Below are positions 58,513 through 64,000 of a DNA stretch of 64,000 bases, piece by piece; the stretch's first letter is position 1, and every line of letters starts with the position of its first letter. The stretch lies in the NCBI RefSeq assembly GCF_009914755.1, contig NC_060930.1; one strand, given 5' to 3'. This DNA is from the human T2T-CHM13v2.0 reference genome, Homo sapiens. Made by a program: the position numbers and the translations under genes. Under the pieces are notes generated by a model. It saw nothing but the letters and a program-made list of their open reading frames with translations. It had not been told where the DNA came from and ran no database searches.

Positions 58513-58897
58513 GCTGAACATTTTTAAGCTAGTGGTTTGCCCTTGCTCATGATGGTGTGAGGACTCACACTCCTGACATTGTCTGAATTCTGGCTGCATT
58601 GCTCTGATCATCCTGATGTTACTGGTCCACGTCTCCCCCAGGATTACAGTAGTAGCAGCTCTACTAACCACCTTTTGTCTACCCATCCTGCTTGCCCTGT
58701 TGGCTGCAGTATGTCCTGACTGATATCCCAGGATACAGGTCCTGGCCACCTCTGGGATGTACCTCTGTCCCCTTTGGCTTTCACCCAGAAGTCTTGCCAA
58801 GTGTCAGTTGTTTGTTCCCAAATCTGGTTATTCCAGTTGGGCTTATTATTGTAATTACAGTTAAGTATTATGTCAACCTTGAAACAGTGTGAAAAAG

Positions 58898-59250
58898 AGC
58901 GTGGTGGCTCATGCCTGTAATCCCAGCACTTTGGGAGGCTGAGGTGGGCGGATCATGAGGGTCAGGAGTTCAAGCCCAGCCTGACCAACATGGTGAAACC
59001 CCGTCTCTACTAAAAATACAAAAATTACCCGGGCATGGTGGCGCATGCCTGTAATCCCAGCTACTCGGGAGGCTGAGGCAGCAGAATTACTTGAACCCAG
59101 GAGGCGGAGGTTGCGGTGAGCCGCTTGAACCTGGGAGGCGGAGGTTGCAGTGAGCCGCTTGAACCTGGGAGGCGGAGGTTGCAGTGAGCTGAGATCCTGC
59201 CACTGCGTTCCAGCCTGGGCAAAAGAGTGAGACTCCATTCAAAAAAAAAT
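58898..59250 (+). mobile_element. AluS with an internal 34-bp triplication
   Basis: Alu consensus with three copies of CTTGAACCYRGGAGGCGGAGGTTGCRGTGAGCYG. Confidence 0.92.
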
Positions 59251-60193
59251 GTGGGCCAGACATTTTTAAGATGTTTGGGAAAATCTGAAAGGACTGTCCA
59301 CACACATTGCTTTGCAAGTGATTCCCTTTTAAGAACCAAACTTCAGTTATGCCCAGACTTCCCCAACAATCAAAACAGCATAATGTAGAACAACAGAACG
59401 TTCAGAGACTTAAGCTCAGAAAGAAGACCCATGGCCTCATATCAAAAAAACCGTAATTAAAAGTAGATTTGTCTGTCAGTTAATACAAAATGTTAGGGAA
59501 TACCTTTTTTTTTTAAAAATTGTTTGTTATCTAACAAACTTGTTCCCATTAACTAACCAACTTCTGGTTCTTGTCATCTCTGATAAGAGTGCTTCCAACT
59601 GTGTTTAGCCTTAATCCCCGCATGCTAAACTGGACTCCCTGTCTGCTTCATGCCATGTAACATGTAAAGTGTGGATCAGTTTAAAGTAGTCCTACTGAGG
59701 TGATTGTATTACTTTTGGAGTTAAAATAATTGTGCCATTTACTGAGTGGCAGGGAGCAGAAAGATTAGTAATTTTGCACCTAATTCATGGAGTTCAGAAG
59801 CTTCTATCTTGTAATCTGGCAACTTTAATTATATATTGTTTTACTTATGAGATATTGTGGAAGGTCTGTTCCATTTTAAATCCTTAAGCCTTACCTGTTA
59901 ATAAAAATGAAACCAAATGAATCTGTTTTTTCATGTGCTCAATTATCTTTCGTTTTTTTTCCGTCCTCCAGATAACTGTACTCTTTATATCCTGTGACTC
60001 CCTAAGACAAGCCTCAATTGCTTTTCCAGGCCCCCAGTCTTTGTTTTTCTGATTCCTTTTGTCCATAAACCTTTTCCATACTTGCCTCACCCTTGCAGGC
60101 ATCTTTTATTCTAGGAGGTGAGAACTCCGTGGTATCTGTCTACATTTTTGTAGAAGAAGAGTGAGCGAGATTTTATTCTCATTATCCTTCTAG

Positions 60194-60558
<365 letters not shown>

Positions 60559-61953
60559 AAATAAGGATTTTTAAAATGCAGTTCTGATTCAGAATAAAAT
60601 TATCGAAAGTGGAGCTGACCTGTCATTTTGCTCTTGGTGGAAGACTCATGTTTCCAGGACTTCCTGTTCCTGTCACTTCTTGCAGGTGGCTTTTGTCTTT
60701 CTTGCTCTCTTAGGCTGTAGGAAAGAGCCCACGCAGATTGTTCCAGAGGGCAAAGTATAGATCATTCCTGCGTGAGCAGCGACTGGCAGCTCGACTACCA
60801 CTCTGGGTTTCTGGTTTTTTTTTTACACTTGTACCACAGTTTGTCTTGCCACAGATTTTACTATTTTAAGGGTGCTGCCCACCTCTACTGGGGTTCTTTT
60901 TTCCATTTGAAGAAATGTCCCAGAAAAGCATGGATTATAGAAAACACCTCCAGATGACGACACAACACCCACTTCTCTTAACGGGATTGTGAAGAGAGGA
61001 CTCAGTCAATTCTGAAATAACCGCCTACATTGTGAGTTTGTCTGAGAAAAGGGGTTTTTGAGTCCATTTTATAGATGAGACAAGTAAGGTGAAAAACCAG
61101 TCAGATGGTTAGTTTTCTGAATTTGCTCCCCCCTTTTGAGTTCAGAGGACATAGAAGTAACATGAACGATCAGTGGAGCCCCAAAAAGGGGAGAAGAAAA
61201 GGTTGTAAAAGGGACTGTTGGCAGCCTTTGGAGAGGCTTTTTGCTTGGGAAAGTTGGAAGGGAGGGCAGTTTTGTCAGAAGTGTCCGTCTTCCCTGCATG
61301 TTTGTATTTGTTGTTTTTTGAAGAACCAGTTGGTGGAGCTACCCCCTTATACCCAGCTGGCTGTCTCTTTGAGTCATCATTGGAAGACTGACATCCCGTG
61401 TCCCTTGGGACTGGATGGTTTGTGCTCTTCTAGTTTTACAAATGCCCCCACCACATTCTTGGGTGTATCTGAGGCCCAGTGTGGGCTGCAGTTCTCCAGA
61501 CTTGCAGGAACCAGTTTGATTTCCCAGGGCTGTTGACTTTTTCTTGTACTTGTATCATTGCCCCTGACTTTGAGGCTTAGGGGACCATGGAGCACTGGGG
61601 AAATCATATGCCCTCAGTCCTCACTAGGGGCTGGGCCATCCATTAAACAAAGGCTGTCCAGATGTGTTAATGAGGCGGTGTGAGTAATGGGAACATTATA
61701 CATGATTACTTACATAATCATGGGACAGATGCGGGTGTTAGAGAAAGAGGAACCCTACTGGTAGAAGTTTTTGAGAGCTATTCTTGAGAGCTGGTGCTGC
61801 CTAAAAGGTCTCAATTGGATTTTAAGTTCTAATTTTGTAAGTCTGTCAAGCTCCACCACCCATGAAGAGGAAGGCCAGTGAACACTGAAATATTATCAAC
61901 AGCAGTGTTTATTTACCATGCTCCTAGAAGGTTAACAAAATACATAGCCACAG

Positions 61954-62598
61954 GGCCGGGCGCGGTGGCTCATGCCCGTAATCCCAGCACTTTCGAAGGC
62001 CGAGGTGAGCGGATCACTTCAGGTCAGGAGTTCTAGACTAGCCTGGCCAACATGGTGAAACTCCGTCTCTACTAAAAATGCAAAAAAGTTAGCCAGGCGT
62101 GGTGGTGGGCACCTGTAATCCCAGCTACTTGGAAGGCCGAGGCAGGAGAATTACTTGAGGAGGATGGAGGTTGCAGTGAGGTGAGTGAGACTCTGTCTCC
62201 AAAAAAAACAAAACAAAAAACAAAAAAAAAACACCACAAAAACACACAAAAACAACCACTGTGTAACCACAGTTTTGCCCCTCCATACTCCCAGTAAGAG
62301 TCTTCCGTCATACACATTGGTAAACTAGGAATTCTTTTTTTTTTTTTTTTTTTTTGAGACGAGTCTCACTTTGTTGCCAGGCTGGAGTACAGTGGCGCTA
62401 TCTCATTTTCCTGCCTCATCCTCTCGAGTAGCTGGGACTACAGGCACACACGACCATGCCCAGCTAATTTTTGTATTTTTAGTAGAGACGGGGTTTCACC
62501 CTGTTGGCCAGGATGGTCTCTATCTCTTGACCTTGTGATCAGCCCGCCTCAGCCTCCCAAAGTGCTGGGATTACAGGCGTGAGCCACTGCGCCTGGCC
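61954..62598. mobile_element. Tail-to-tail Alu pair (+ ~61954-62250; - ~62333-62598)
   Basis: Alu consensus on opposite strands, each with a short right-arm deletion. Confidence 0.9.
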
Positions 62599-64000
62599 CA
62601 ATTAGGAATTCTTAACAGTAACTTTTTTTCGGGGGAGGTGAGGAGGAGGAGTGAAAAGGATAGGTTGTGTGACTCTTGTCTACCTGGAGACCTGGTTTAC
62701 TGGGACAGGAGAATGTGGGAGATCTTCTGACACCCAGTTTATTGATCTCTTAAAATCTTGGTGGTTCTGTCTCCATTATTTCCCAGCCACCATTTTGGTG
62801 AGAGCTTGGTCTGAAGTGGTAGTGTATTATCTGTTGGTTCTCTCTCGGTTTCAGCCAGCTGTTAGAGTGTTTGGTGCCTGTGGGGGCAGAAACAGGTGCC
62901 AGGAGGAAATGAGAAGGGATTAGGGCTGAGCATGTGTTTCTTGCATTTAGTCCTTCTATAGGTTTGCAGAAGGGGGCTGAGTGAATGCTTATTCTGTTAA
63001 GCAGCAGACTTTTGTGCTTTGTGTATATGCCTTATTACTGCTACTAAATGGACCTAAGTAATGAAATGCCTCAGATTTGGACAGGCTTGTGAATATATGG
63101 GGTACCTCTGCAGTAATGGACAAGGTTGGGAATGTGAGCCTACTTCAAGTTTGGCCTTGTGTTAAACTGGCTGTGTGACTCCAGGCAGGCTATACAACCT
63201 CGCTGAGCTATTTCCTCATCTGGACAACTTATTTCATGCACTTCACAGGCTTGTTGCTGGGAGAGGCAGGGGAATTTTTGATGTGAAAGCACTTTGTAAA
63301 CTGCATACTGCTGCACAAATGCTCAAGGTATTATTACCCAGTTGGAAATCACCAACCTGGAGACATCAGGCCTGCCGGCGGCCTTCCTAGCTGACTCAGA
63401 TATAAATGAATCAAATGAATTCTGCACTTTGATTCTTAATAAAGCAAGCTGATAGCAAGTAGCAGATGCACATTGGGAAACAGAACAAGGCTTTACGGAT
63501 TAGAAGGTGATGTAATCACCTTCTACCTCTGTCCTATATTAGCCAACACTTGACTCCTAAATACACCTGGATGGTGAATTGGAAAGAGGGATAGATTGAG
63601 AATTAAGACTGGAGTGGCACTGAATCTGTGCACGAAGATGTTTAAAGAAGACATAGTCCTTGAAATTAAAAATCTGATTATGATGTGAACACAATTCTTT
63701 AGTGGCTCTCTGGTCCTCAGGATCGAATCTAAACCAACTTTGTTCCCAGCCCTTCTTGATGTACTCTGGGCTTATCCTGCCACCCATCCACTTCACACAT
63801 CCGGGGCTTCAGCTGAGCCCAGCATTTTATTCCTCTACTTGCTTGGTGAATGGATTGCCTGAGGAGCCCACCGTGTTTGTCTGAAGCCTGTCACCCTGTT
63901 CACCCCGTCTGGCAGAGCCAGGCTCTTTCTCCCTGTTGGCTGGTCTCCTCGCACTTTATTTTTAGGTGCTGGAGTTATTTGCTTACATGTCTCTCACCCT

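Overview
Primate (most likely human) genomic DNA containing the 5' end of JARID2 (Jumonji, a PRC2.2 cofactor) on the + strand. Only coding exon 1 (53735-53779, MSKERPKRNIIQKKY, phase-0 donor TAC|GTAAGT) is present, followed by ~10 kb of intron 1. Two CpG islands (~51.7-53.3 kb and ~55.1-56.2 kb) mark the main promoter and an intronic alternative promoter. The upstream ~50 kb is a transposon mosaic: by manual count ~95-100 Alu copies or fragments (about half the bases), three MER41 solo LTRs, an LTR8-like and a MER21-like solo LTR with intact TSDs, MLT1, L1, L2, MIR and hAT relics, often nested. Nearly all ORFs in the track are Alu- or GC-bias artefacts. I see no new multi-gene system. The best leads are regulatory and are hypotheses only: (i) a possible extra in-frame coding first exon (54269-54460) behind a palindromic octamer site; (ii) five upstream AUGs, including two start-stop codon pairs and an AUGA overlap with the main start; (iii) an ACTACA/YY1 inverted-repeat module with a strong acceptor inside exon 1; (iv) a tandem-CRE alternative promoter; (v) an ERV1-LTR cluster with copy-specific STAT (GAS) sites; (vi) a candidate Alu poison exon. 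Repeat subfamily names come from recognition of consensus sequences, not a RepeatMasker run, and repeat boundaries are approximate unless a TSD is quoted.
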